This document shows, in pieces, positions 39,233-50,226 of a DNA stretch of 64,000 nt. Position 1 is the stretch's first letter. Every line of letters begins with the position of its first letter. The position numbers were made by a program, and so were the translations under genes. The DNA comes from Desulfosporosinus sp. Its GTDB lineage: Bacteria > Bacillota > Desulfitobacteriia > Desulfitobacteriales > Desulfitobacteriaceae. The stretch is taken from NCBI GenBank assembly GCA_036569365.1, contig DATCQU010000056.1, positions 27,506-91,505 of the forward strand. The letters run 5' to 3'. The notes below the pieces were generated by a model. That model had not been told where the DNA came from and did not search any database. It saw nothing but the letters and a program-made list of their open reading frames with translations.

Positions 39233-40336
39233 TTAAATTTTCCGAAAACTGAAGTAGACCGTTGCTCCTTCATCAACCGTTCCTGTCATCCAGGCTAAAC
39301 CATGATGTCTTTTCAGAATTTTTTGCACTATGGCTAGACCAACTCCGGAACCTTCGAATTCAATTTGAGAATGAAGTCGTTGAAAGACGCCAAATAATCT
39401 TGAAGCATAACGCATATCAAAGCCTGCACCATTATCTGCAACGGAGATAATGAATTCAGTTTCGTTTTCAAGGGAGACCGCTTCGATATACGCAATCGTT
39501 CGATTGCGTGTGTATTTTAGAGCGTTGGTAAGGATATTCATAACGAGTAGCTTAATCATGACAGGGTCGCCTTGGATAATGGGTAGATTGTTAAGCGAGA
39601 ATTTCACATGTCTTTGTGGTTCAAGTTTAATGAGTTCATTAAAGACATCCCCAAATAACTGCTCCAAATTGATGGCTTTTAAGTTCATTGGCATTTCACT
39701 CATTCGAGAAAGCTCTAGTAAATGGTTAATAAGCTGGATAATTTCTGTGGATTTATCCTGAATGTTATCGATTAATTCGCGTCCATCAACATCTAGTCTC
39801 TCTGAGTAATCCAGAGCTAGATATTCTGTGAGTTTACTCAGTGACAGTAATGGGGCTTTTAGGTCATGGGCGACCGTATAACAAAAGCTATCGAGCTCGT
39901 GATTTGCTTTTAATAAGGATTCGGTCTGCTTTTTAAGCTTGATATGGGTATGCACGCGGGCAAGCAATTCGGAAGTGTTAAACGGCTTAACGACATAATC
40001 TTGCGCCCCAAGGTCAAAGCCCTTTTTAATACTTTCTGCATCATTACTGGATGTTAAAAATATGATCGGGATGCTGCTAAGCTCACTTTCAGATTTGATC
40101 ATTCTACAGATTTCAAAACCATCCATCTCTGGCATATAGACATCTAATAGGATTAGATCAGGGTGATGCTGCTCGATTAATTTAAAGGCAGTGCTGCCTT
40201 TGGTGGCAATTCGGACACGAAAGTTGTTTTCACGTAAGACGGTAACTGCAGTTTCGATGTGCTCTGGCGTATCATCTATGAGTAGTATTTCAGGCTGGTT
40301 TATTGACTGGGTGTAATCCAAAGAGACCAACTCCAT
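39233..40336 (-). CDS. Hybrid protein: N-terminal receiver + histidine kinase
   Basis: ILLIDD, LLDVYMPEMDG, KPF; AHDLKAPL; FQRLH; GSGVGL. Confidence 0.9.
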   Translation of the reverse strand: MELVSLDYTQSINQPEILLIDDTPEHIETAVTVLRENNFRVRIATKGSTAFKLIEQHHPDLILLDVYMPEMDGFEICRMIKSESELSSIPIIFLTSSNDAESIKKGFDLGAQDYVVKPFNTSELLARVHTHIKLKKQTESLLKANHELDSFCYTVAHDLKAPLLSLSKLTEYLALDYSERLDVDGRELIDNIQDKSTEIIQLINHLLELSRMSEMPMNLKAINLEQLFGDVFNELIKLEPQRHVKFSLNNLPIIQGDPVMIKLLVMNILTNALKYTRNRTIAYIEAVSLENETEFIISVADNGAGFDMRYASRLFGVFQRLHSQIEFEGSGVGLAIVQKILKRHHGLAWMTGTVDEGATVYFSFRKI

Positions 40337-40352
40337 AAATCTTTTTGTAGCA

Positions 40353-40516
40353 TTAGGCGTATGAAAGAAAATAACAAGTCAAAGATGCCTTGGATATTTT
40401 ACGTCAGACAAGGCGGTATGTGCACCTCATAGTGGGGCTATTAGGTGCACATACCAACGCAGTATGACGCAAAATAGACTGGCAGACTGACTGGTTATTT
40501 TCTTGAATGTGCCTTA
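40353..40516. mobile_element. MITE/REP-like non-coding inverted-repeat element
   Basis: Imperfect ~28-bp terminal inverted repeats (ttaggcgtatgaaagaaaataacaagtc / gactggttattttcttgaatgtgcctta) and internal hairpin ggtatgtgcacct...aggtgcacatacc; related copy at 52407. Confidence 0.65.
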
Positions 40517-40560
40517 AGTAATTGTATAGGAGTACCTATTCTAAAACAAGCGAAAAAGGA

Positions 40561-40668
40561 AAGGGGACACACCTGCTGAAGCAATAGCTGTTATCTTAGA
40601 CAGGAATGTCCCCAAATAATGTTTTCTTAGACAGGAATGACCCTAATTGATAGGAATGTCCCTAATAA
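40561..40668. repeat. Three direct copies plus one inverted copy of (c/t)aggaatg(t/a)ccc
   Basis: gacaggaatgtcccc, gacaggaatgaccct, gataggaatgtccct; inverted ggggacacacctg. Confidence 0.6.
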
Positions 40669-40760
40669 TAGAAAACGAGTCTTGTGTTTTGTATAACTGG
40701 AGAGTAACCGTTGTAAAGGGGTCAAATTAAGCCTATAATAAATTCATTATCTTGAGCAAG

Positions 40761-40809
40761 AAGGCAACGGAGCCGGTTTGAAGCGTCAAACTGACTCCGT
40801 TGCCTTTTT
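40761..40809 (+). promoter_or_regulatory. Leader terminator overlapping an ANTAR-type motif (GGCAACGGAGCC)
   Basis: Hairpin aaggcaacggag...ctccgttgcctt + T-run just upstream of the kinase; motif resembles AGCAANGRRGCY. Confidence 0.65.
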
Positions 40810-40867
40810 GCTGCACTGGTCAGAACATATGATTTTTTGTTATATACTTTACGGAGGTGATATTTAA

Positions 40868-43543
40868 GTGCCACCCAAAATCTTAATTAAACAATCTACG
40901 ATAAGCGCCTTGATGCTAGGGATTTTCTTTTTTATTTCCATCCTGTTGGCCAGTAGTATTTTATATATGAGTTCAAGTATTAATGATGAACAGAGTGCAG
41001 AAAAGAGAAGAACTGAATTCAAACAACTTGGGATCGTTTTGGCAAATGCTTCAGATTACTTAACAGACGAAGCACGTAAGTATGCGGTGACAAGAGATGA
41101 AATTCATATGAATAAATACTGGAAGGAAATCAACGTTACTAAAACGCGGGATAATGTGATATCGCGATTGGGAGAATTAAGTTCTCCTAGTGAAGAAATG
41201 GCCTTGTTGGCTGAGGCGAAAAAGAACTCCGATGCGCTTGTGGAGACAGAACGGCGTTCGATGCGGTTGGTACTGGATGCTCTAGGTGTGTCAAAGGAAA
41301 AAATGCCGCCTGAAGTGGCTTCCTTCCAGTTAAGTGCGGAAGATCAAACATTCAGTACCGAGGATAAACTTGCCAAAGCGCGGAATATCATGTTTGATGA
41401 AAAGTATGACTTTGATAAGCGTAGCATCATGGAACCCATCGCAAAATTCCAACAAATTATGAATGCCCGCTTGGAAGCAGAGCTTGAGATCGCCCGAAGT
41501 GCAACCAGAAGGGCTGCGATCTTGCAAGCAGTCCTTGCTGCCATTATCATTGGTGCGGTTGCGGTATTGCTGCGAATTCTCTTTACCCAAGTAACGTACC
41601 CGATCAAGAATTATACGGAACTGTTGAAGGTTTTTTCATTTAATAAGGAAAACTTTAGCTTAGTGCCGGAGGGCTCCCTAGAACTTAGGCTACTTGCCAA
41701 GACATTTAATGACTTATATCAGTCGTTTCAGGAGGAATTGGTAAAAAGGAAACGTGCTGAAGATAAGATGAAAGTTGCCAAAGAAGAGGCAGAGAAGGCC
41801 AATGAAGCTAAAAGTGAATTCCTGGCCAATATGAGCCATGAGATAAGAACTCCCCTGAATACGATCATCGGCTATCACTATCTACTGAAGAGCACTGAAT
41901 TTGCTCCTAAGCAAAAACAATATATGCAAAATGTAGGTATGGCGGCTACAAGTCTCTTGGGAATCATCAATGAGATCCTTGATTTTTCTAAAATTGAAGC
42001 TGGTCGGATGACCTTAGAAATTGTTGAATTCAATCTCTATGAGACAATCAAGGAACTCTGCGGCATGGTCCATATAGAAGCCCGGGGCCATGGCTTGGAG
42101 GTGCACTATGTCATTCGATCAGATGTTCCTCGTTTTGTAAAAGGGGATAGTACGAGATTAAAGCAAATTCTCTTGAATCTCTTATCCAACGGAATTAAGT
42201 TCACGGATCAGGGCGAACTCGAAGTGATCGTTGAAGTAAATAAAATTGATGGGAATCAGGCTCAACTTCGCTTTAGCGTTACAGATACCGGAATCGGCAT
42301 TTCTGAAAAGCAAATCAAGAAGTTGTTCGAAGCATTTACGCAGGGTAATGCCTCAACATCACGAAAATATGGTGGAACTGGCTTAGGCCTTGCTATCTGC
42401 AAAAAAATTGTCGAGCTGATGTCTGGAGAAATTAGCGTCAAGAGTGTTGTGGGGGTGGGGTCAACGTTTAGTTTTACTGCGAACTTGGAAGTCGTCGATA
42501 AAACACTGATAACTCTGAAAGAAGAACGACTGAACCCCGACGTTTTTGATGCGAAAAAAATTCTCCTGATCGAAGATGATGAGATTAATTTGCAAATGAC
42601 CAAAGAAATTCTTGAAAATTTAGGGTTTGACACAGACACTGCCCAGAGCGGTTTTATCGGCGTTCAAATGGCCAGCAGAATACGCTATGATGCTATATTG
42701 ATGGATATTCGTATGCCGGAAATGGATGGGTATGAGGCGACTCGTCGCATTTTAGAGCTAAAAGGGAACGCTACGCCACCTATTATTGCCCTATCGGCGG
42801 ACGCAGTTGAAGGTGTCGCTGAAAAGGCGACCTTGGCAGGGATGAGTGGGTATATAACCAAACCTTTAAATCCTATGAAGCTGGTCGAAATTCTAAGAAC
42901 ATGTATCGGCATTGAAACGTCTAAGCACCTCCTGCCAGAAAAGAATGCTCCAGACCCTATTCAGAAAGTGTGGGTTGACTTTGCAAGCGGTATTGATCGT
43001 TTAGGAGGTAAGCAAGCGAACTTTAAACATATTCTCGAAATCTTCCTCGTAAATCACAAAAATGATCACAACATTATACATCAGCTGCTAGCAATTGGTA
43101 ATGTTGCTGAAGCAAAGAACCTATTACATACCTTAAAGGGGATTTCAGCAAATATTGGAGCAATCAAGCTGAATGAAGTGTCGCTGCGTCTAGAAAATGC
43201 ACTTAACCACCAGGTGGAAGAGGAGACCGCTCAAGAGAAACGTCAGTTTGAAGGCGTATTGATAGAAACCTGTAGCCTCGTGGCTCAGTTCGTAGCAGAT
43301 TTGCCCGTAGAAGCTGAAAAGGTATATGTTGAACCTAAGGATATTCAACGCCGGTTAATAATGTTAGTTGAGCTCTTAGAAGAAGGCGATTCAGAGTCAT
43401 CTTCGGTCTATGCGACTTGTCAGCACTATCTGAAGAAAGAGTTGAGCAGCTTAGACTACAGCCAACTGAATGAGAAGATCTCTGCGTACAATCTTCAAGA
43501 GGCGGCTGAATATTTGAAGAAACTATTAACTCACACCGCCTAG
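40868..43543 (+). CDS. Hybrid sensor histidine kinase (TM sensor, HAMP, HisKA, HATPase, receiver, Hpt)
   Basis: [36 protein letters not shown]. Confidence 0.92.
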   Translation: MPPKILIKQSTISALMLGIFFFISILLASSILYMSSSINDEQSAEKRRTEFKQLGIVLANASDYLTDEARKYAVTRDEIHMNKYWKEINVTKTRDNVISRLGELSSPSEEMALLAEAKKNSDALVETERRSMRLVLDALGVSKEKMPPEVASFQLSAEDQTFSTEDKLAKARNIMFDEKYDFDKRSIMEPIAKFQQIMNARLEAELEIARSATRRAAILQAVLAAIIIGAVAVLLRILFTQVTYPIKNYTELLKVFSFNKENFSLVPEGSLELRLLAKTFNDLYQSFQEELVKRKRAEDKMKVAKEEAEKANEAKSEFLANMSHEIRTPLNTIIGYHYLLKSTEFAPKQKQYMQNVGMAATSLLGIINEILDFSKIEAGRMTLEIVEFNLYETIKELCGMVHIEARGHGLEVHYVIRSDVPRFVKGDSTRLKQILLNLLSNGIKFTDQGELEVIVEVNKIDGNQAQLRFSVTDTGIGISEKQIKKLFEAFTQGNASTSRKYGGTGLGLAICKKIVELMSGEISVKSVVGVGSTFSFTANLEVVDKTLITLKEERLNPDVFDAKKILLIEDDEINLQMTKEILENLGFDTDTAQSGFIGVQMASRIRYDAILMDIRMPEMDGYEATRRILELKGNATPPIIALSADAVEGVAEKATLAGMSGYITKPLNPMKLVEILRTCIGIETSKHLLPEKNAPDPIQKVWVDFASGIDRLGGKQANFKHILEIFLVNHKNDHNIIHQLLAIGNVAEAKNLLHTLKGISANIGAIKLNEVSLRLENALNHQVEEETAQEKRQFEGVLIETCSLVAQFVADLPVEAEKVYVEPKDIQRRLIMLVELLEEGDSESSSVYATCQHYLKKELSSLDYSQLNEKISAYNLQEAAEYLKKLLTHTA

Positions 43544-43558
43544 ATAGGGGGGAAGTAA

Positions 43559-44647
43559 ATGTTTAAGGTATTAATTGTTGATGACGACAAATCAGTGAGG
43601 TATATGTTAAAGAGATACAATCAGTGGGCTAACTATGGATTTAGTGTGGATGAGGAAGCATGTGATGGTAAAGAAGCACTGATCAAGCTTGCGTCAGGTC
43701 ACATTGACCTGGTCATAACGGATATTAAAATGCCAGGTATGGATGGGATAGAGTTTTTGAGTGAACTAAAATTCAGAAAATGGGATGTCTGTACAATTCT
43801 CCTGAGTACTCATAGCGATTTTGAGTACGCCAAACAGGGGATCCGCTTGGGCGCCTTTGATTTCATGACCAAACCTTTAGAGGAAGATGTTCTGAGTGAA
43901 GCATTAGAAAGAGCGAAAAAATACTTAGATGAAAAAAATCAACGAAGCATTAGGGTAGAAGAGGAGCGCAGACTGATTGAAGACAGCCTGACGCATTTTT
44001 ATCCGAAAAATCGGGAAGAAAGAATGGCAGGTCTTATCTTAGCAGGAAATTTGGAGGCTCTGACGGAAGCAGAAGCTGCCTTTTTTGAATTAACTAAGCT
44101 ATTGGATCATGATCTGTTTAAAACAGCGCGGTTGCTGGAAATAATACTTACAAATTTAAGTGGGCTGGTGTATAAGGCCTTCGTCTGGCTTCAAAAGGTT
44201 GAAGAGGTTGCTTCTAGTAATGTTCTACAGCACACTGACTCTTTGCAGGGTATGAAGTCAGAGTTTCTGAGTCGTATTCGGGGACTAATCACCGTCATTA
44301 AAAAATATGAGCTTCATCAAAGCGAAAGTATTGTCAGAAAGACGTGCCTATATATAACAGAACATATTGAAGAAGATATTAATCTTGAGTTGATCGCGAA
44401 TGAGGTGCATGTGAGTAAAGACTATCTGGGGAAACTTTTTAAACAAAAAACAGGTGTCAATGTTAATGACTATCTAACAAAAATAAAAATGGAGTATGCT
44501 AAGCATCTGCTCGGAACCGGAGAGTATAAGAACTATGAAGTGAGTGAAAAACTTGGCTATAGCAGTCCGGATTATTTCTGTCGACTGTTTAAGAATTATA
44601 CGGGTTTTACACCTCTGCAGTTCAGAAAGTTAGGTGTCTACGAGTGA
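43559..44647 (+). CDS. Response regulator, receiver + AraC HTH (YesN-like)
   Basis: ITDIKMPGMDG; YLGKLFKQKTG; LGYSSPDYFCRLFK. Confidence 0.92.
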   Translation: MFKVLIVDDDKSVRYMLKRYNQWANYGFSVDEEACDGKEALIKLASGHIDLVITDIKMPGMDGIEFLSELKFRKWDVCTILLSTHSDFEYAKQGIRLGAFDFMTKPLEEDVLSEALERAKKYLDEKNQRSIRVEEERRLIEDSLTHFYPKNREERMAGLILAGNLEALTEAEAAFFELTKLLDHDLFKTARLLEIILTNLSGLVYKAFVWLQKVEEVASSNVLQHTDSLQGMKSEFLSRIRGLITVIKKYELHQSESIVRKTCLYITEHIEEDINLELIANEVHVSKDYLGKLFKQKTGVNVNDYLTKIKMEYAKHLLGTGEYKNYEVSEKLGYSSPDYFCRLFKNYTGFTPLQFRKLGVYE

Positions 44648-44680
44648 ACTCGTTCAGCTAAAGCTGAACATCAAGACTTC
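44646..44680. repeat. Short intergenic repeat (gaactcgttcagctaaagctgaac); partial copy at 16341-16360
   Basis: Identical 16-mer gaactcgttcagctaa at 16341 and 44646; hairpin gttcagc-taaa-gctgaac. Confidence 0.55.
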
Positions 44681-44820
44681 GGTGGCGGAGTGTTGGAGGA
44701 GGATCACTAAGGAGAAATTTATATATCGGTTTTTTAGGGGGAAATAGCTACTTTTTATGGTTTTATATTCATGCAATAAATGGCACAATAGTATCAAATA
44801 GAGTTACTCAATTTTTAACC

Positions 44821-44887
44821 AGCAACGGCGCTGTGAGGAATGAACAGTATCCACCCGGATACCGAACATTCTTTACAGCGCTTTTTT
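44821..44887 (+). promoter_or_regulatory. Leader terminator overlapping an ANTAR-type motif (AGCAACGGCGCT)
   Basis: gcgctgtgaggaatg...cattctttacagcgc + T-run upstream of urtA. Confidence 0.7.
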
Positions 44888-44976
44888 GGTTAGCACGTTA
44901 GCGCTAGCGAGATATTCCGACATTGATTCTGGCCAGTCATGTTGGAAACGATTAATTATGGGGAGAGGGGTAAGTT

Positions 44977-46230
44977 ATGAGAAATAGTTTTTCGCTTAAA
45001 ATGAAGAAACGTGCAACTGGGCTGATCTCAGTAACACTTATGGCTGGATTACTGCTGACGGGATGTGGAGCCGCGCAGACGAGTAAACCAGCGGAAACGG
45101 CTAGTTCAGGGGATACCATTAAGGTCGGAATCTTACATTCTTTAAGTGGAACGATGGCGATCAGTGAAGTCTCCGTTAAAGATTCAGAAATGATGGCGAT
45201 TGACGAAATCAACGCTAAGGGTGGGGTATTAGGTAAAAAAATTCAACCCGTTATCGAAGATGGTGCCTCAAACTGGCCTAACTTTGCAGAAAAAGCTAAG
45301 AAACTGTTACAACAAGATAAGGTAGTCACAGTCTTTGGATGCTGGACTTCGGCAAGTCGCAAGGCAGTACTGCCGGTGTTCGAAGAAAATAATGGCTTAC
45401 TCTGGTACCCTGTTCAATATGAAGGTATGGAAGCATCACCCAATATTTTTTACACCGGTGCTGCTCCTAATCAGCAGATTGTTCCGGCTGTAGATTGGTT
45501 GCTTAAGAATAAAGGCAAGAAATTTTTCCTGTTAGGGTCCGATTATGTGTTCCCAAGAACTGCTAATAAAATTATTAAAGCTCAATTGGCCGCGATGGGT
45601 GGCGAATTGATTGCTGAAGAATACACACCGCTCGGACACACGGATTTTAGTACGATTGTCAATAAAATCATTGCTGCCAAACCGGATGTTGTGTTTAACT
45701 CGTTGAATGGAGATAGTAATGTCGCCTTCTTTAAGCAACTTAAGGACGCGGGTATTACTTCTAAAGATCTGACAACCCTTTCGGTTAGTGTCGCTGAGGA
45801 AGAAATCCGCGGGATTGGCGCGGCAAACATGAAGGGTCAGCTGGTATCTTGGAACTACTACCAAACGACAGATACGCCTGAGAATAAAATATTCGTAAAG
45901 AACTACAAAGCAAAATATGGCGCAGATCGTGTGACTGATGATCCTATCGAAGCTGCTTATGACGCTGTGTACTTATGGGCTGCTGCTGTAACTAAAGCAG
46001 GTTCAACGGATGTGGCTAAGGTCAAGGAAGCCGCTAAAGGAGTTGAATTCAAGGCTCCTGAAGGTTTAGTTAAAATTGAGGGTGAAAACCAACATCTTTG
46101 GAAACCTGTAAGGATTGGTGAGGTAACTGAGGATGGTTTGATTAAGGAAATCTGGAGCACTGAGAAGTCAGTCAAACCTGATCCGTTCCTGAAATCCTAC
46201 GATTGGGCTAAGGGTCTAAGCAATCAGTAA
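44977..46230 (+). CDS. urtA: Urea ABC transporter substrate-binding lipoprotein
   Basis: Lipobox LTGC; [36 protein letters not shown]. Confidence 0.95.
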   Translation: MRNSFSLKMKKRATGLISVTLMAGLLLTGCGAAQTSKPAETASSGDTIKVGILHSLSGTMAISEVSVKDSEMMAIDEINAKGGVLGKKIQPVIEDGASNWPNFAEKAKKLLQQDKVVTVFGCWTSASRKAVLPVFEENNGLLWYPVQYEGMEASPNIFYTGAAPNQQIVPAVDWLLKNKGKKFFLLGSDYVFPRTANKIIKAQLAAMGGELIAEEYTPLGHTDFSTIVNKIIAAKPDVVFNSLNGDSNVAFFKQLKDAGITSKDLTTLSVSVAEEEIRGIGAANMKGQLVSWNYYQTTDTPENKIFVKNYKAKYGADRVTDDPIEAAYDAVYLWAAAVTKAGSTDVAKVKEAAKGVEFKAPEGLVKIEGENQHLWKPVRIGEVTEDGLIKEIWSTEKSVKPDPFLKSYDWAKGLSNQ

Positions 46231-46238
46231 GTGAATAA

Positions 46239-46268
46239 GTGACACCCACTTAGAGAAGTGGGTGTCAC
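46239..46268 (+). repeat. Intercistronic hairpin after urtA
   Basis: gtgacacccactt-agag-aagtgggtgtcac; no T-tract. Confidence 0.55.
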
Positions 46269-46361
46269 GGATACTATCAACGTTGTGCCAAAGGTTTAAC
46301 GGTGCAGGTCAAATTGACTGCACCGTTGTTACTAAGACGATCACGAAAAGGTGGTGAAAAA

Positions 46362-47270
46362 ATGGGGACGTATATCCTGCAAATATTCAATGGAATCAGT
46401 GTCAGCTCAATTCTTATCCTGGCAGCACTGGGGCTGGCCATTACCTTTGGCTTGATGAAAGTCATTAATATGGCTCACGGTGAGTTCATTATGATTGGCG
46501 CCTATGTTACTTATCTTGTTCAGAATCTATTTATAGCGCATCTGGATAAGAGCTTTTTCGGACTATATTTCATTATTGCCATCCCGGTTTCGTTTGTAGT
46601 GGCTGGTTTTATGGGATTTATTTTGGAAGGAACGGTGATACGCCACCTTTACAATAGACCGTTGGATAGTCTACTGGCGACTTGGGGTGTTAGCCTAGTC
46701 CTTCAGCAGCTGGCAAGAACTATTTTTGGAGCACCGAATGTTGATGTGAAAAGTCCGGGCTGGTTGGAAGGCGGACTTGTGATAAGCCAAGGGCTACAAC
46801 TACCCTATAAGCGTCTGTTTATTATTGGCTTAGTCATTGCTTGTATTGTAGGTATGTATGTCTTGTTTTATAAAAGTAAAACGGGACGTCGAATTCGCGC
46901 GGTCATGCAGAATCGGGAAATGGCAGAGTGTATGGGGATTAATACTAGAAGGGTGGACGCGTTTACGTTTGCTGTCGGCTCTGGGCTTGCGGGCATTGCC
47001 GGGTGTGCTTTAACCTTACTGGGTTCAATCGGGTCCACTTTAGGAACGTATTATATTGTAGATACATTTATGGTGGTCGTTCTGGGCGGAGTAGGTACTC
47101 TGTTGGGAACAGTGGCTGGTGGACTACTGATCGGCATAGCTAACACAACGCTTGAATTTTTCACCAATACCTCACTTGGTAAGGTGCTCGTCTTTATCTT
47201 GATTATTTCATTTTTACAATGGAGACCTAAAGGGCTGTTTAATATCAGCAGCCGTTCGTTAGACGAATAG
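46362..47270 (+). CDS. urtB: Urea ABC transporter permease UrtB
   Basis: ALGLAITFGLMKVINMAHGEFIMIGAY; LLATWGVSL. Confidence 0.93.
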   Translation: MGTYILQIFNGISVSSILILAALGLAITFGLMKVINMAHGEFIMIGAYVTYLVQNLFIAHLDKSFFGLYFIIAIPVSFVVAGFMGFILEGTVIRHLYNRPLDSLLATWGVSLVLQQLARTIFGAPNVDVKSPGWLEGGLVISQGLQLPYKRLFIIGLVIACIVGMYVLFYKSKTGRRIRAVMQNREMAECMGINTRRVDAFTFAVGSGLAGIAGCALTLLGSIGSTLGTYYIVDTFMVVVLGGVGTLLGTVAGGLLIGIANTTLEFFTNTSLGKVLVFILIISFLQWRPKGLFNISSRSLDE

Positions 47271-47301
47271 AGTCAATTATTACGGAAAGGGGGACAGGAC
47301 A

Positions 47302-48369
47302 ATGCTAAAATCAAAAGAGAAATTAGTATTCTCTGTAATCATCCTTGTTCTACTGCTAGCTCCTCTGTTTATATCCGATTTTAGAGTGAATTTACTAGGG
47401 AAATTTATTGCCTATGCTATTCTGGCAATTGGGTTAGATTTGATTTGGGGATTTACGGGGATTTTAAGTCTTGGACACGGGGTGTACTTTGGCCTTGGAG
47501 CATACTGTATGGCCATGTATCTAAAGTTAGAAGCGGCCCACGGAAAGTTGCCGGATTTTATGTCATGGAGCGGGCTTGAAACACTTCCGTGGTTTTGGAA
47601 ACCTTTTTCCAACAGCTTTTTTGCAATCGCTATGGCAATCATGCTTCCGACGCTATTAGCGTTCTTGATCGGTTTTTTGACCTTTAAGAATCGTATCCGA
47701 GGAGTTTATTTCGCCATCTTATCCCAGGCCTTATCCATTATTTTCGTTGTACTGTTTGTTGGGCAACAAGCCTATACCGGTGGAACAAATGGTCTGACAA
47801 ATTACAAAAGTATCATGGGCTTTTCGTTATCCCATGGCTCAACGAAGCTTGTTATCTATTACATCTCGATCGGCCTACTCGTATTGACCTATGCATTTTG
47901 CAATTTTTTGGTTAAACGGAGAATAGGCAGAATCCTTGTAGCCATCCGGGACGGAGAAAATAGAGTCAGGTTCTCTGGGTATAATCCGACAACTTATAAG
48001 ATATTCGTCTATTGTCTATCTGCTGGCATTGCAGGGCTTGCCGGCGCCATATTTGTGCCTCAGGTCGGCATTATATCCCCCGCTGAAATGGGCATCGTAC
48101 CATCGATTGAAATGGTTATTTGGGTAGCCATTGGAGGACGTGGAACCTTGATAGGCGCTGTGATTGGGGCAATACTTGTCAATGCCTTGAAAAGCGGCAT
48201 CAGTGAAAGTTTCCCAGATGTATGGTCTTACTTTATTGGGTTCGCCTTTATTTTCATCGTCTTGTTCATGCCCGATGGCATCGTCGGATTGGTCAAGAAA
48301 ATAGCCGGGAAGTTTGATAAGAGAGCCCTTAAAGGAAGTCAGAAGATGCGCTCGAACAAAGCAGCTTAA
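47302..48369 (+). CDS. urtC: Urea ABC transporter permease UrtC
   Basis: LDLIWGFTGILSLGHG, LPDFMSW, AIRDGENRVRFSGY. Confidence 0.93.
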   Translation: MLKSKEKLVFSVIILVLLLAPLFISDFRVNLLGKFIAYAILAIGLDLIWGFTGILSLGHGVYFGLGAYCMAMYLKLEAAHGKLPDFMSWSGLETLPWFWKPFSNSFFAIAMAIMLPTLLAFLIGFLTFKNRIRGVYFAILSQALSIIFVVLFVGQQAYTGGTNGLTNYKSIMGFSLSHGSTKLVIYYISIGLLVLTYAFCNFLVKRRIGRILVAIRDGENRVRFSGYNPTTYKIFVYCLSAGIAGLAGAIFVPQVGIISPAEMGIVPSIEMVIWVAIGGRGTLIGAVIGAILVNALKSGISESFPDVWSYFIGFAFIFIVLFMPDGIVGLVKKIAGKFDKRALKGSQKMRSNKAA

Positions 48370-48431
48370 TCTGTGAAATCAACTATAGCAAAGGGTAATT
48401 CAAGTTACTAAAATCGAAGGGCGGTGGGGAT

Positions 48432-49184
48432 ATGGATTCGATATTGCAGATTGATAATCTAACCGTAAGTTTTGATGGATTTAAAGCAGTCAATAATGTG
48501 AATACCGGGATTGAGAAAGGTGAAATTCGTTTTTTCATCGGTCCAAACGGTGCTGGGAAGACAACCTTGCTTGATGCAATTTGCGGCAGGGTTAAGCCCC
48601 AGTCAGGACAAGTTATGTTTTTCGATTCAGACGTTACTCGGTATTCGGAGCATGAGATTGTCAATATAGGAATAGGGAGGAAGTTTCAGGTACCCTCCGT
48701 ATTTACTAACATGACCGTGTATGAAAACATGGAACTTGCTGTCGTGAAGGATCGTTCGCTGTATTCTTCCATGTTTCAGAGACTGAAAAAGGAGCAGATC
48801 GAGAGAATTGAAGATATCTTAGTCACGATTGGATTGTATAAAAAAAGATTCAAGACCCCGACAGCCTTATCTCATGGTGAGAAGCAGTGGCTGGAAATCG
48901 GCATGCTGCTGGCCCAAGAGCCCAAGCTCATGCTCTTGGATGAGCCAGTTGCCGGAATGGGTCGGGCTGAGACGGATAAGACTGGGGAACTTTTGAAAAA
49001 AATAGCAGAAAATTGTACCATTATTGTGGTCGAGCACGACATGGAATTTGTCAGGGACTATGCAAGTAAAGTAACGGTCCTACATGAAGGGGCAATCTTA
49101 GATGAAGGTAGTGTTTCTGAAGTTCAGAATAATCAAAAGGTCATAGATGTGTATCTCGGGCGGGGTGGGGAACGTGATGCTTGA
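48432..49184 (+). CDS. urtD: Urea ABC transporter ATPase UrtD
   Basis: GPNGAGKT, GIGRKFQ, LSHGEKQWLEIGM. Confidence 0.93.
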   Translation: MDSILQIDNLTVSFDGFKAVNNVNTGIEKGEIRFFIGPNGAGKTTLLDAICGRVKPQSGQVMFFDSDVTRYSEHEIVNIGIGRKFQVPSVFTNMTVYENMELAVVKDRSLYSSMFQRLKKEQIERIEDILVTIGLYKKRFKTPTALSHGEKQWLEIGMLLAQEPKLMLLDEPVAGMGRAETDKTGELLKKIAENCTIIVVEHDMEFVRDYASKVTVLHEGAILDEGSVSEVQNNQKVIDVYLGRGGERDA

Positions 49185-49869
49185 TGTTGCAAACCTTGAG
49201 GCCTATTATGGGGAAAGTATTATTCTAAATGATATCAATCTTCGGGTGCCAAAAGGGCAAATCGTCTGCCTTCTTGGCCGAAACGGGGTAGGAAAGACGA
49301 CCTTCTTAAAAAGTATAATGGGGTTGGTTAAGACTCCTAAAGGAAGTATTAAGTTCAATGGTCAGGAAATCATTGCGAAACCCACCTATTTTAGGGCTCG
49401 GCAAGGAATTAGTTATGTACCACAAGGTCGGGATATCTTTCCTCAATTAACCGTACATGAGAACCTTTTACTTGGCCTTGAGGCATTCGGAGGGCATGGA
49501 ACTATTGATGAATCGATCTATGAATTATTTCCGGTTTTGAAGGCCATGCTTAAAAGAAAAGGAGGAGACCTGAGTGGAGGGCAACAGCAGCAACTGGCTA
49601 TTGCTCGAGCCCTTGTATCTAAGCCCAAATTGCTGATTTTAGATGAGCCTACTGAAGGGATACAGCCCTCCGTGATCCAGGAAATCGGCCGGGTCATCAA
49701 ACTGCTAAATCAGGAAGCCAACTTAAGTATTCTGATTGTTGAGCAGTATTTGGAGTTTGTCGTTGAAGTATCCGATTATTATTACGTGATGGAAAAAGGG
49801 CTGATTGTGACAGAAGGCTTCACGAAGGTTTTAAATAAAGAGGAAATTCAGAAACGGATGGCCATTTGA
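49174..49869 (+). CDS. urtE: Urea ABC transporter ATPase UrtE
   Basis: GRNGVGKT, LSGGQQQQLAIARAL, DEPTEGIQP. Confidence 0.93.
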   Translation: MMLDVANLEAYYGESIILNDINLRVPKGQIVCLLGRNGVGKTTFLKSIMGLVKTPKGSIKFNGQEIIAKPTYFRARQGISYVPQGRDIFPQLTVHENLLLGLEAFGGHGTIDESIYELFPVLKAMLKRKGGDLSGGQQQQLAIARALVSKPKLLILDEPTEGIQPSVIQEIGRVIKLLNQEANLSILIVEQYLEFVVEVSDYYYVMEKGLIVTEGFTKVLNKEEIQKRMAI

Positions 49870-49902
49870 TGAGCTAATAACGAACGACGGGAGGGTTAGA
49901 CG

Positions 49903-50226
49903 ATGCATTTAAGTCCGACGGAAAGAGACAAACTGTTGATTTATACGGCAGGACAGGTAGCCCGTGATCGTTTAAACCGCGGCTTAAAGTTGAATTATCC
50001 AGAAGCAGTGGCCTTCATTAGCGCTGAACTGCTGGAGCGAATTCGTGATGGGTTCACGGTAGCTCAACTGATGGAGATGGGGATGAAGATCTTAACTCGT
50101 GATCAGGTTATGGAGGGAATTCCTGAAATGATTGAGGAAATTCAGGTTGAGGGAACCTTTCCGGATGGGACGAAATTAGTTACGGTACATCACCCGATCA
50201 GGTTAGCTGGGAGGATAGAGATATGA
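49903..50226 (+). CDS. ureA: Urease gamma subunit
   Basis: [32 protein letters not shown]. Confidence 0.96.
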   Translation: MHLSPTERDKLLIYTAGQVARDRLNRGLKLNYPEAVAFISAELLERIRDGFTVAQLMEMGMKILTRDQVMEGIPEMIEEIQVEGTFPDGTKLVTVHHPIRLAGRIEI

